Positions 20,815-30,965 of a stretch of 64,000 bases of DNA are shown in pieces. This DNA comes from an uncultured Verrucomicrobiae bacterium (lineage in GTDB: Bacteria > Verrucomicrobiota > Verrucomicrobiia > Limisphaerales > UBA1100), in NCBI GenBank assembly GCA_937775205.1, contig CALKBX010000016.1, positions 50,992 through 114,991 on the forward strand, read 5' to 3'. A model generated the notes under the pieces. The model made no database searches. It was not told the DNA's origin and saw only the letters and a list, made by a program, of their open reading frames with translations. A program made the position numbers and the translations under genes. Every line of letters starts with the position of its first letter. Within the stretch, counting starts at the first letter, position 1.

Positions 20815-21069
20815 CCTTACACCCCGCCTGTTTCCAAGCGCCCATTTACCCCCTTTTGCCAATAAATTGGCCGCCACAAGATATTGTGGCCCTGTGGAAA
20901 ACTACCACATTTGGTGGTGTTGGCAAGCCCAAAACGGCGTCACTAGTTCTCACACATCGCGCCAAAATCGGCAAAAACAGAGGATTATACGCCCTGCCCG
21001 CGATGGTGTTGTTTCACCTTGGAGACGCTGTTTTTCGGGGAACGTTACCGTGGATAACTTTTAAAAAAA

Positions 21070-24000
21070 CTAGCTTTCCCGCAATTCCATCACGAGATCT
21101 TTTGCCTCTACCGATTCCCCGATTCCAACGTGGATGACGTCCACCACTCCATCGGTCGCAGCGTACACGGTGGTTTGCATTTTCATTGCCTCCATCGTGA
21201 TCAGTTTGTCGCCCTTCGATACTTTGGCGCCCACGCCCACGGCCAGCTCGGTGATGATGCCCGGGATGGGCGCGCCCACGTGCAGATCGTTGCCGGGGTC
21301 GGCCTTGGCTTGGACTTTTTCCTGCACGTTGAGCGAGGCATCGGCAATCTCCACTTCGCGCGGGTAGCCGTTCAGTTCAAAGGTCAGCGTGCGCAAGCCA
21401 TCCTCATCCGGCGCGCTGATGTTGATAAGCTTGATGTAAAGCGTCTTGCCCACCTCGATGTCCACGGCGATTTCCTCGCCGGTTTTCAGCCCATAAAAAT
21501 AAGTGGAACTCGGCAGCACGGAGACGTCGCCGTATTCGCGACGGAATTTGTTATATTCCCGAAACACCTCGGGATACATCAGGTAACATAACAGCGCATC
21601 GTCACTGGCTTTGCGATGAATTTCGTCCTCGAGCTTTTTGCGCGTGCGCTCGAAGTTGAGCGGTTTTAGATCCGCGCCGGGGCGGCCCTTGAGCGGCTTT
21701 TGTTTTCCGAGCACCACTTGCTGCACTTTGCGCGGCCAACCGCCAATGGGTTTGCCAAGGCGACCTTTCATCATATCAATGACCGATTGCGGAAAGGGCG
21801 TGGCACCGGGCTCGAGGTTTACCACGTCCGCTGGCTTGATGCCGCGCGTGACGAGGAACATTGTCATGTCGCCCACCACTTTGCTGGACGGCGTCACCTT
21901 CACGATGTCGCCGAAGAGATCGTTCACCTCCGCGTACGTGCGCGCCACTTCCTTCCAGCGCGCGCCCAAGCCCATGCTTTCCGCCTGCTCACGCAAATTG
22001 GTGTATTGGCCGCCGGGCATTTCGTGCTCATAAATATCGCCAATGCCACTGCGCGGGCCGGTGTCAAACGGAGCGTATACTTTGCGCACTTGCTCCCAGT
22101 AATCGGAAAATTCATTCAACGTGCCGAGGCTCAAACCCGTCTCGCGCGGCGTGTGGTCCAGCGCGGCCACTACGCTGTTGAGATTCGGCTGACTGGTTGA
22201 ACCGGAAAGCGACGCAATCGCGAGGTCGGCAATATCCACGCCGGCCTCGGCGGCCTTGAGCACCGAGGCGGCATTCACGCCGCTGGTGTCGTGCGTGTGA
22301 AAATGAATCGGCAAACCCACTTCGCCACGCAATGTTTTCACTAGCTTGTGCGCGGCGTACGGACGGCATAGCCCCGCCATATCTTTGATGCAAAGCGTGT
22401 GGGCGCCCATCTTCTCCAACTCCTTCGCGAGTTTCACATAATATTTGAGCGGATATTTGTCGCGCTTCGCATCGAGGATATTGCCGGTGTAACAAATGGT
22501 GCCCTCGCACACCGCGTGCGTCCCGCGCACCGCCTCCATCGCGGCCTTGAGGTTGGGTAAATAATTCAGCGAATCAAAAATGCGGAAAATATCCATCCCG
22601 CTTTCCGCCGCGTGTTTCACAAATGCCCGCACCACGTTGTCCGGATAATCCGAATAGCCCACGGCGTTGGAGCCGCGAAAGAGCATTTGGAAACAAATGT
22701 TGGGGACGGCCTCGCGCAGTTGACGCAGCCGTTGCCACGGGTCTTCGCGCAGGAACCGCATCGCGGTGTCGAACGTCGCGCCGCCCCACATCTCGAGGCT
22801 GAAAAGTCCGGGCGTGCGATGCGCGATGGCGTCGGCGATGTGCAGCATATCCGCCGTGCGCATTCGGGTGGCGAAGAGGCTTTGGTGCGCATCGCGCAGG
22901 GTGGTGTCAGTGACGAGCAACCGCTTTTGCTTGCGCGTCCACTCGGCGAATTTTTCGGGGCCTTGCTCCAGCAAAATCTGCCGCGTACCCGCGGGCGGCT
23001 CGGCATCGCCATTGTGCTCCGGCGACGCGATGGGCTTGAAAGATTCCTTTACCTCAAAGCCTTTCGTCTGCGGATTGCCGTTCACCACCACGTCGCCGAT
23101 GTAATTGAGCAAACGATTCGCCCGATCGCGCCGGCGCTTGAAGGCAAACAATTCCGGCGTGTTATCAATCAACGTCGTCGTCGCCTGCCCACTCCGGAAC
23201 GTTTCGTTTTTGATCACATTTTCCAGAAAAGGAATGTTCGTCTGCACGCCGCGAATGCGAAACTCCTTCAACGCGCGCTTCATCCGATCCAGCGCGAGCG
23301 AAAAATTCATCCCGCTCGCGGTGATTTTCACCAGCAGCGAATCATAAAACGGCGTGATCACACTGCCGGCGTCGCCCTGCCCGCCATCGAGCCGCAGCCC
23401 GAAACCGGCCGCCGAGCGATAGGCGATGATGCGCCCGTAATCGGGCGTGAAATTGTTGGCGGGATCCTCGGTGGTCACGCGGCATTGCACGGCGTGCCCG
23501 ACGCACACCACATTTTTTTGCTTGGGCAACTGCATCACCTTGCCGTGCAGCGCGTGCCCTTGCGCCACTTGAATCTGCGAGCGCACGAGGTCGATGCCCG
23601 TCACCACTTCCGTCACCGTATGCTCCACTTGAATGCGCGGATTCATCTCGATGAAATACCACGCCTTGGAATCCACATCGTACAGAAACTCCATCGTGCC
23701 CGCGTTGTCATACCGGATATGCTTGGCCAATTCCAACGCCGCCGCGCACAGCTCGTTCCGCACCGTTTCATCCAGCGCAACGCTCGGAGCAATCTCCACC
23801 ACCTTTTGATAACGCCGCTGCACCGAGCAATCGCGCTCGTGCAAATGCAAAATATTGCCGTGTTGATCGCCCAGAATTTGCACTTCAATGTGCTTGGCGT
23901 TTTGCACGTACTTCTCGAGGAACACCGCCGCGTTGCCGAACGCGCGGCCCGCCTCGCCTCGCGCTTCATCGAGCAACCGCTCCAAATCCTTGGCTTTATG

Positions 24001-24555
24001 CACCACCCGCATCCCACGCCCGCCACCACCGAAGGCAGCTTTGATGATCAGCGGAAACCCAATTTGCTTCGCGACCTTCATCGCCTTGGCGCGGGTTTTA
24101 ATTGCGTCATCCGTACCCGGAAGCACCGGCACGCCAGCGGCCTTGGCCAACGCGCGCGCCTCGGTTTTGTCGCCCATTTGCCGCAGCAACTCCGGGCGCG
24201 GCCCCACAAATGTCAACCCCGCCTTAATGCACGCCTCGGCGAAATCGGCGTTCTCGGCCAGAAATCCGTAGCCCGGATGCACGAGATTAACCCCGTGCTC
24301 GACAGCCATTCCCACGATACCCTCGATATCGAGATACGCGCCCACCGGCCCCTTGCCCACGCCCACCATATACGCCTCATCAGCCTTAAACCGATGCACC
24401 GCCAGCCGGTCTTCCTGCGCATAAATAGCCACCGTACGCAGATCCATCTCCGTGGCCGCGCGAAAGATGCGAATAGCAATCTCGCTGCGATTGGCCGCCA
24501 ATAACTTCACCGGCGCACGAGACGCCGATGCGTTTGATTTAGTTTTTCTCGCCAT
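21070..24555 (-). CDS. pyc: Pyruvate carboxylase (biotin carboxylase + carboxyltransferase + biotinyl domains)
   Basis: 1161 aa, intact. Contains an ATP-grasp BC domain, a HMGL-like CT domain (FHTHDTSG) and a C-terminal EAMKMQT biotin attachment motif. Confidence 0.92.
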   Translation of the reverse strand: MARKTKSNASASRAPVKLLAANRSEIAIRIFRAATEMDLRTVAIYAQEDRLAVHRFKADEAYMVGVGKGPVGAYLDIEGIVGMAVEHGVNLVHPGYGFLAENADFAEACIKAGLTFVGPRPELLRQMGDKTEARALAKAAGVPVLPGTDDAIKTRAKAMKVAKQIGFPLIIKAAFGGGGRGMRVVHKAKDLERLLDEARGEAGRAFGNAAVFLEKYVQNAKHIEVQILGDQHGNILHLHERDCSVQRRYQKVVEIAPSVALDETVRNELCAAALELAKHIRYDNAGTMEFLYDVDSKAWYFIEMNPRIQVEHTVTEVVTGIDLVRSQIQVAQGHALHGKVMQLPKQKNVVCVGHAVQCRVTTEDPANNFTPDYGRIIAYRSAAGFGLRLDGGQGDAGSVITPFYDSLLVKITASGMNFSLALDRMKRALKEFRIRGVQTNIPFLENVIKNETFRSGQATTTLIDNTPELFAFKRRRDRANRLLNYIGDVVVNGNPQTKGFEVKESFKPIASPEHNGDAEPPAGTRQILLEQGPEKFAEWTRKQKRLLVTDTTLRDAHQSLFATRMRTADMLHIADAIAHRTPGLFSLEMWGGATFDTAMRFLREDPWQRLRQLREAVPNICFQMLFRGSNAVGYSDYPDNVVRAFVKHAAESGMDIFRIFDSLNYLPNLKAAMEAVRGTHAVCEGTICYTGNILDAKRDKYPLKYYVKLAKELEKMGAHTLCIKDMAGLCRPYAAHKLVKTLRGEVGLPIHFHTHDTSGVNAASVLKAAEAGVDIADLAIASLSGSTSQPNLNSVVAALDHTPRETGLSLGTLNEFSDYWEQVRKVYAPFDTGPRSGIGDIYEHEMPGGQYTNLREQAESMGLGARWKEVARTYAEVNDLFGDIVKVTPSSKVVGDMTMFLVTRGIKPADVVNLEPGATPFPQSVIDMMKGRLGKPIGGWPRKVQQVVLGKQKPLKGRPGADLKPLNFERTRKKLEDEIHRKASDDALLCYLMYPEVFREYNKFRREYGDVSVLPSSTYFYGLKTGEEIAVDIEVGKTLYIKLINISAPDEDGLRTLTFELNGYPREVEIADASLNVQEKVQAKADPGNDLHVGAPIPGIITELAVGVGAKVSKGDKLITMEAMKMQTTVYAATDGVVDVIHVGIGESVEAKDLVMELRES

Positions 24556-24677
24556 GAACGCGAGGCTTTTAGCAAAAAACCAGCGAAATGGAAAGTCCGG
24601 GGTGCGCCTCCCGTTGTGCCCAATATAATGAATTCACTTGCCACCTGATTCCTCGCCGCCACAATGCCCTCAACGCT

Positions 24678-27206
24678 ATGAAGAAATTTCTCATTCTCCT
24701 GTTCCTCAATCCCCTCCTCTCCGAAGCCGCCGTGGAAGCCTTCGAAGTGGGCCCGAACAACACCGACCAACTCCCCAAAGGCAAAGAGGCCGACGGCATC
24801 ATCGGCGATTTCATTTTGCGCAATGGTTTCATCACCGCCGTCATCTCCGGCAACCAACCGCTGCGCCGCCCCAACATGAGCACCTTCTACGGCAACGGCG
24901 GCATCACCCCCGGTTGTTTGTACGACCTTACGTTGAACTACCGCGAAAACGACCAGCTCACCATCTTCGCCCCCGGCAGCCAGCGCGGCGATGTATCGCA
25001 CGTGCGCGTGCTGGAAGCAGGAGACGCCAAGGCAAAAACCGCGGCCATCGAGGTGGTCGTTGATGCCGCGCGCAACAACGGGCTCTACAAGCGCCATGTC
25101 TATCGCTTGGATGGAATTGAATCAGGATTGACCATCACCACCACCTACCGGAACGACTCCCAGCAAATTCGCCGAGGCACGGTGGACGACTATTGGAAAC
25201 CTTCCGGCCGAAAAGGCACCTTTCGGAATATGCGCTGGATCGAGTCGGTTGACCCGGACGACCATCAGGCCTACGCCGTGGCATGGCTTGAGAACGGAAG
25301 CATTGTGGGCCCGCCCGGACCCTTAGCCCTGAAGCCCGGCGAGACCAGAACCTTCACCAGATATCTCACCGTGGGGGACTCGCCGGCAGATGCCGTTTCC
25401 AATTTTTTTGACCATAAACATGACATCTCAAAAACATACGTGTTGGATGCCACCTTCCCGGATGATCGAATCAACGGCAAAACCATTCGGGTTAAATACC
25501 ATCTCATTCACAAGGGGCAAAAGCTGCCCGGCTCATCCGAATTCGTTGCCAATAGAAACTACTCCATTTTGAAGTTGCCCGTGGGTGAATATGAACTGGA
25601 AGTGGCCAATCGCGGCCGCAAGACGGTCAAAGGAAAACTGAAATTTGGCCTGAACATTTGCAATGCAACATTCGCGCTCTCGCCCCTATCCGGCGTGGCC
25701 TTCGCCATCACGGATGCGGCGGGCAAAGACACGCCGTGCAAGGTGCAGTTCATCGGCACCGGCAAAACAGCCACGCCCAATCTCGGGCCGCAGAATCGCG
25801 CGCATGGCTGCGTGGACCAGTGGCACTCGGAGACCGGTAAGTTTAACGTGGCGCTGGATCCGGGCACGTATCGACTGGTGATCACGCGCGGGATTGAGCA
25901 CAACCATCTTGTGCGCGAAGTGACCGTGAAAACCGGGGCGTTTACCCCCGTCAAAGGTGCGCTGCAACGCGTGGTGAACACACGCGGTTGGGTGAGCACG
26001 GATTTTCATAACCACTCCACGCCAAGCGGCGACAACCAATGCGGCACCGACGACCGCATCATCAACCTCGCCGCCGAGCACATCGAGTTTGCGCCGACCA
26101 CCGAGCACAACCGCATTTATGATTGGGCGCCTCACATCAAAAAGCTCGGGCTTGCCGAACACCTCAGCACCGTGATCGGGCTGGAGCTCACCGGCGCCGG
26201 TGCGGGATCGCATCACAATGCCTTTCCCTTGCCCGCGCCAAAACCCTTCGCGCAGGACGGCGGCGCGCCGGTGTTTCAAAACGACCCGAGGCTCAACGCC
26301 ATTTCCCTGCAAAACTTCGGCGGGTGGAATCCCGATCGTTGGGTGCACGTGAATCATCCCCACCTCACGGAAAAATTTTGGGATCGCAATCTCGACGGCC
26401 AAGCCGACGGCGGGTTCCGCGGTTATGAAAAATACATCCACGCCTTGGAGACTCAAAACTATCTCGGCAACGACATCCTCGCCACCGCGCCGTGGAAACT
26501 CGCGCGGCGCGGCACCAGCGAATCAGTCCGCGAAGTGCGGGAATTTGTGTGGCTGCAAATGCTCAATCAAGGCCATCGCATTCCCGCCATCGCGGTCGCC
26601 GATGCCCACTCTGTTTACGGCAACGGCGTGGGCGGCTGGCGCACTTACATCCCCAGCAGCACCGATGCCCCCGCCAAAATCGACCCCAAGGAAATCATCC
26701 GCCACGCCAAGGCCGGCCGCCTCATGCTCACCACCGGCCCCTTCCTCCAAGTAACCCACCGCGATTCGGGCCCCGGCGATACGGTGGTTGCCAAAGGCCG
26801 CGCGGTGACGCTCAAGGTAAAAGTGCAATGCGCCGATTGGGTGGAAATTGACCGCGTGCAAATCTTGGTGAGCGGCCGACAAGCGCTGGAATATAATTTC
26901 ACGCGCCAAAGTCACCCGAAATTTTTTGGCAATGGAGTGGTGAAATTTGACCGTGCGATTGAGGTGAAGCTAACTGAAGACGCCCACCTCATCGTCGTGG
27001 CGATGGGCGAACACTCCACCATGAAAACCGGCTACGGCACCAGCAGCTACGCCGGCCTGAAACCGTGCGCCTACATCAACCCCATTTGGGTGGACGTGGA
27101 TGGCGGCGGCTTCAAACACAACGGCGACACCCTCGGCTGGGATCTGCCCGTCGGCCGCCAAAACCCCAAAACCATCCGCGCGCTGCTGAAGGCAAAGGGG
27201 GAATAA
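24678..27206 (+). CDS. Secreted PHP-domain metallohydrolase (CehA/McbA-like)
   Basis: Signal peptide MKKFLILLFLNPLLSEAA. Motifs DFHNHSTPSGDN...EHIEFAPTTEHN and AVADAHS. Confidence 0.55.
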   Translation: MKKFLILLFLNPLLSEAAVEAFEVGPNNTDQLPKGKEADGIIGDFILRNGFITAVISGNQPLRRPNMSTFYGNGGITPGCLYDLTLNYRENDQLTIFAPGSQRGDVSHVRVLEAGDAKAKTAAIEVVVDAARNNGLYKRHVYRLDGIESGLTITTTYRNDSQQIRRGTVDDYWKPSGRKGTFRNMRWIESVDPDDHQAYAVAWLENGSIVGPPGPLALKPGETRTFTRYLTVGDSPADAVSNFFDHKHDISKTYVLDATFPDDRINGKTIRVKYHLIHKGQKLPGSSEFVANRNYSILKLPVGEYELEVANRGRKTVKGKLKFGLNICNATFALSPLSGVAFAITDAAGKDTPCKVQFIGTGKTATPNLGPQNRAHGCVDQWHSETGKFNVALDPGTYRLVITRGIEHNHLVREVTVKTGAFTPVKGALQRVVNTRGWVSTDFHNHSTPSGDNQCGTDDRIINLAAEHIEFAPTTEHNRIYDWAPHIKKLGLAEHLSTVIGLELTGAGAGSHHNAFPLPAPKPFAQDGGAPVFQNDPRLNAISLQNFGGWNPDRWVHVNHPHLTEKFWDRNLDGQADGGFRGYEKYIHALETQNYLGNDILATAPWKLARRGTSESVREVREFVWLQMLNQGHRIPAIAVADAHSVYGNGVGGWRTYIPSSTDAPAKIDPKEIIRHAKAGRLMLTTGPFLQVTHRDSGPGDTVVAKGRAVTLKVKVQCADWVEIDRVQILVSGRQALEYNFTRQSHPKFFGNGVVKFDRAIEVKLTEDAHLIVVAMGEHSTMKTGYGTSSYAGLKPCAYINPIWVDVDGGGFKHNGDTLGWDLPVGRQNPKTIRALLKAKGE

Positions 27207-27238
27207 TTTGGCAGGTCGCTCGGAGCGCGCGCCCTACC

Positions 27239-28405
27239 CTATTTATGCCGCAGCAAATAATGCTGCCTCAACAAATCCTTGCCATAATCGTTGCCATTCG
27301 GAGTGCGAACGACGGTGTGGATGTGTTGCCGCGTAGGCGTACGTGAACGCGCCAACGCAATCGGACGTTGGTGGTCAAACTCAATCAACGCCACGGGGCT
27401 TTGGATGCGGTAATAAAAAACGCTGTCCTTTTTCGTGCCGCCCATCCAGCCAAAGTACGTGGCATCGAGATGCTTTTTCATATCGGCCATTTTCACCTTG
27501 GCATGGCCATCGGCGAGATTCCCGATGTACACTTCAATGAGCCCATGCAACTGCGTTTTTTGTTTGGCGGTCAACTCACTGCAGCGAATGCCAATGTAAT
27601 CGAGTACCTGATTGTCGCGAAACGCTTCACCGATGTTGTTGGTCGGGCCTTTGTCGTTGGCGACGATCGCTTTGGCCCGTTGGGTTTTGTTCAGTGAATT
27701 AATGAACGCGAGACCCTTGTCCTGCTCGGCTTGGCAGATAACAGTACCCTTGAATTTGCCACTCTCGGCTTTCACCGGCTCAGAGCCCATAAAGACGGGA
27801 CTCATCACGACTTGATCGCCGAGAATAAAGTAGTTGATAACGACATGATGTCCATCTAGCTGCCAACCCCATGGCTTGGTGGCACTTGGCTCGCCCATGA
27901 TGGTGATCCAGTAAAGCCATTCGCCATATTCATCAAAGCGGTTGGTCAACTCGGCCAACGTGCCATTGAGCTTCATGATATCCTGCGTTTGCTTAAGTCC
28001 CCGGGCACTGAGGCTGGTGCGCAGTAGGTTGAAGGCGAGTTCGCGTTGGCCTTTGGTCATCTTGTCAAAGCCTGCACCTTGGCGCGCATAACGATGTCGG
28101 TTATCCCACTTGCGCCACTCAATATCATCCACGGGAAAGACAGTCTTCTTGCGGTCCTCAGCATTAAGACTGGAGAGGAATGCCTTCGCTGCCCACCGTA
28201 CAGGCTCAGTGTTCACGCCAGTTTTTTTGACCGGAAACAGGTTGGCCGGCGGAACATCAAGGAAGAACACACCCTTAAAAGGTTGAGCAAGGGCAGCTTC
28301 ACGTTGATTATCAAATCGACCGCGCGGTGGACCTTGCTGGGCGTCAACAGTCTCAACGAAAAAAATAGCTACCACAGCAATCGAGTACATTAATTTTGTT
28401 TTCAT
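27239..28405 (-). CDS. DUF3500 family protein
   Basis: [32 protein letters not shown] and a C-terminal [22 protein letters not shown]-terminal signal peptide. Confidence 0.7.
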   Translation of the reverse strand: MKTKLMYSIAVVAIFFVETVDAQQGPPRGRFDNQREAALAQPFKGVFFLDVPPANLFPVKKTGVNTEPVRWAAKAFLSSLNAEDRKKTVFPVDDIEWRKWDNRHRYARQGAGFDKMTKGQRELAFNLLRTSLSARGLKQTQDIMKLNGTLAELTNRFDEYGEWLYWITIMGEPSATKPWGWQLDGHHVVINYFILGDQVVMSPVFMGSEPVKAESGKFKGTVICQAEQDKGLAFINSLNKTQRAKAIVANDKGPTNNIGEAFRDNQVLDYIGIRCSELTAKQKTQLHGLIEVYIGNLADGHAKVKMADMKKHLDATYFGWMGGTKKDSVFYYRIQSPVALIEFDHQRPIALARSRTPTRQHIHTVVRTPNGNDYGKDLLRQHYLLRHK

Positions 28406-28418
28406 AAAATCGTTTATG

Positions 28419-29753
28419 CTAAGGCCGGCGACCTCCACCCTGACGAGCCCCTCTCTCTTGATTAGAAATATTCAATTTACTGAACGGCGCGAGGTTGTCG
28501 GCCAATTTTGCCGCAGTTTCCGGGTGATTCAAGATCACGTCCTTGGATTCGGTAGGGTCATCTTTCACGTTATATAGGCTGACCTGTCCCTGACCCCAAG
28601 TCAGTTTCCATTGATCGTGGAGAACAGCAAAGTCGCCGGAGGGCCCGGCCACAATCACTGGTGGCCGTTTCATCGCCTTGTTTTGGACAATTGCCGGCCA
28701 ACAGTTTACGCCATCGAGCGGTTTTTGGTTGGCTGGCTCGATGCCCGCCGCAGCAGCGAATGTTGGGAAAAGATCCTGCGCAGAAATCAGCTGACTGCAG
28801 GTCGTCCCCGCGCGAATCACTCCCGGCCAGCGAAGGACTGCAGGCACACGGATGCCGCCCTCGAGCACGCTGCCCTTGCCACCGCGCAATGCCAATTGAC
28901 CCGGCAACGCGGTCGACCCACGTCGGCCTCCGCCAGATCCATTGTCGCAAAAAAACATCACAAGCGTCTCCTTAGAGATGCCCTCGGCTTCAATTGTGGC
29001 AAGCACTCGGCCGATCGCTGCATCCATTGCCTCGATTGCTCCCGCTTGCCCAACTCGCCGGCCAAAAAATCCAAGCTTACGATATTTCTCAAGCAATCGT
29101 TCGGAGGCCTGCGCTGGTTGATGTGGTGCGTTAAAAGGCAGATACAAAAAAACAGGCTTTATCTTGTTTCGGTTTTTCAAAAGTTTAATGGCCTCATCGG
29201 CCAGAAGATCAGTAGAATAGCCTTGAGGAGCCACCGACTGACCGTTGCGAAACCACCCACGCGCACGTGAACCATCGGTGGTGTAGTAATTAATTCCGCC
29301 ACCATGGAAACCAAAAAAATGGTCAAAGCCCCGAGCGTTGGGCGCGTAGTCATCACTACGCTCGCCAAGGTGCCACTTACCCACCATGAAAGTTTGATAA
29401 CCGGCTTTCTGAAAAGTTTGCGGCAGAAAATGTTCGCCCAGCGGAACGACCCCGCGGCCGATGGCTCCGGTAATGCCAAAGCGCGCGGGCGATCGGCCGG
29501 TCATCAACGCCGTACGCGTGGGGCTGCAAATAGGGTGCACATAAAAGCGGTCAAGCTGCACACCCTCCTTGGCAAGTCTATCGATGTGAGGGGTGGCGAT
29601 TTTGCTGCCGTGATAACCGACCTCGTTCCAACCCATGTCATCGGAGACAAACAGAATGATATGAGGCTTGGGAGAGGTCGCAGCCGATTGAGCCGAAACC
29701 ACAGTCGGGCATACAGCCAGAAATAAAAACAGAAAACAGGCTTTCCTTTTCAT
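28419..29753 (-). CDS. Arylsulfatase (formylglycine-dependent, type I)
   Basis: Signal peptide, then [19 protein letters not shown]...[14 protein letters not shown] (CxPxR motif). Confidence 0.88.
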   Translation of the reverse strand: MKRKACFLFLFLAVCPTVVSAQSAATSPKPHIILFVSDDMGWNEVGYHGSKIATPHIDRLAKEGVQLDRFYVHPICSPTRTALMTGRSPARFGITGAIGRGVVPLGEHFLPQTFQKAGYQTFMVGKWHLGERSDDYAPNARGFDHFFGFHGGGINYYTTDGSRARGWFRNGQSVAPQGYSTDLLADEAIKLLKNRNKIKPVFLYLPFNAPHQPAQASERLLEKYRKLGFFGRRVGQAGAIEAMDAAIGRVLATIEAEGISKETLVMFFCDNGSGGGRRGSTALPGQLALRGGKGSVLEGGIRVPAVLRWPGVIRAGTTCSQLISAQDLFPTFAAAAGIEPANQKPLDGVNCWPAIVQNKAMKRPPVIVAGPSGDFAVLHDQWKLTWGQGQVSLYNVKDDPTESKDVILNHPETAAKLADNLAPFSKLNISNQERGARQGGGRRP

Positions 29754-29765
29754 GTGATGATAAGA

Positions 29766-30806
29766 CTAACGCTGAGGACGCCGACCGACTCCTCGACGAC
29801 TTAAACCATCGGTATTGGGAGTTGCACTTTGCCAACGGGCACCGGCTCGACTGCCCGCCTGGCGATGTTGGTCATAGGTCAGTTGACTGGGTTTATGTTT
29901 ACCCAGTGCCTCAGCCAGAGGTCCAGCAAGCTTCCCAGCTGAAGCAGCAGCATCAATGACCTCAATAACCTCACCGGTTAAACCAAAGGTTCCGGGCTGA
30001 ATCACCACAAACCCAGAGGTCGCTTTAAAATTCTTTACCGACTTAAATTCGGAAGCATCACTTGCCGGCACATACTGAGCCTCCCCGATAAATTGATCAG
30101 ACCATGCGACCTTTGAAAGTTCCTGTTCCATCTTCTTGCGCTGCTCGGCACTCTTCGAATAGACCACAATCAGGGGTTGACGATCTGCTGCGGTTACATT
30201 TAGCGCGAGGCGCAAATCTGCAAGATAAGGCAAGGGTGGAAATCCTTTTGCCGCTTTACCTTTACCCGGATAAACCAAAGCAATCGCTTCCATGGTCTGG
30301 CCCATTTTCTTCATGGACTCCTCGGGTTGAGCATTGATGCCAGGCCCATTGACTCCGCCGAACGCCCATACCGGACTACGACCTGCCGTGACCAGCTTGG
30401 TTTTTCCATCAGGGGTTAGGAGGGTGAAAACGGTATTCTCTAGATTACCTCCACGCGCATAAAAACCTTTCAACACCTCATTCTCTTCGGCGTTTTCGTA
30501 AGTTGCCAAACGAATGCAGACAAACTTACGAGAAGCGGAGATAACGTCTTTGTCGGCCAGGAAACTCCTGTCCATTCCGGTTTTACCCGGTCACCAGACT
30601 CCAGGGACTGAGTGGCACTGGGGAACAGCCGAAACCAGCATGATTGGCTTGGCAGTACGTTTCGCCTCAGCCAAACCACCTTTCCATGTGCCATGCCAAG
30701 CGATTTTTTCAGCTTTAGCTGTAGCCTTTGGAGCCTCAGTTTGTGCATTGGAAAAGAAGGGCACCGCCAAAAAAGCACCGGCTAGTAATATGCTGCGATT
30801 CATCAT
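29766..30806 (-). CDS. Secreted thioredoxin-fold protein interrupted by one in-frame TGA (30591-30593) at the position of the first CxxC cysteine. Candidate selenoprotein or nonsense pseudogene.
   Basis: The 71-aa ORF (signal peptide ...KPIMLVSAVPQCHSVPGVW) and the 269-aa ORF (MDRSFLADKDVISASRKFVCIRL...) are in the same frame, separated only by TGA plus 5 sense codons (PGKTG). Confidence 0.6.
30555..30573 (-). other. Small hairpin 17 nt downstream of the in-frame UGA (possible bacterial SECIS-like element)
   Basis: RNA GGACAGGA-GUU-UCCUGGCC: 7 bp with one A/G mismatch and GU in the apical loop about 26 nt after the UGA. A 4-bp CCGG/CCGG hairpin also follows the UGA directly. Confidence 0.25.
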
Positions 30807-30965
30807 CTTATATTTTCCCAGACGTTACCTTAAGAGGTTGGTTACAATCAATTGCATTTCTCATTCGAGATTTTTCATGTGAAACCTTTTCCCGTGGGGT
30901 ACGTCATTACAATTGACGCGAACGGCCTTGAACGGCATCGTGAGTCAACAGCAACCCTATATTTT

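Noticed and set aside
20874-20925. ccacaa-gata-ttgtgg palindrome and nearby GTGG/CCAC repeats upstream of the gspE-like start
   Set aside because: The arms are short (6 bp), with no second copy and no recognisable promoter context. Chance occurrence cannot be excluded.
22612-24504. 630-aa plus-strand ORF
   Set aside because: It is entirely antisense to the intact pyruvate carboxylase gene. Its composition is Arg/His/Ala-rich, typical of shadow ORFs in GC-rich DNA, and I recognised no motifs.
29766-30806. Genome-wide TGA reassignment (TGA = Trp/Gly) as an explanation for the in-frame TGA
   Set aside because: Many well-supported genes in this window terminate at TGA at the expected position (carB fragment, MoxR, DUF58, secretin core, RND pump), so TGA is a normal stop here.
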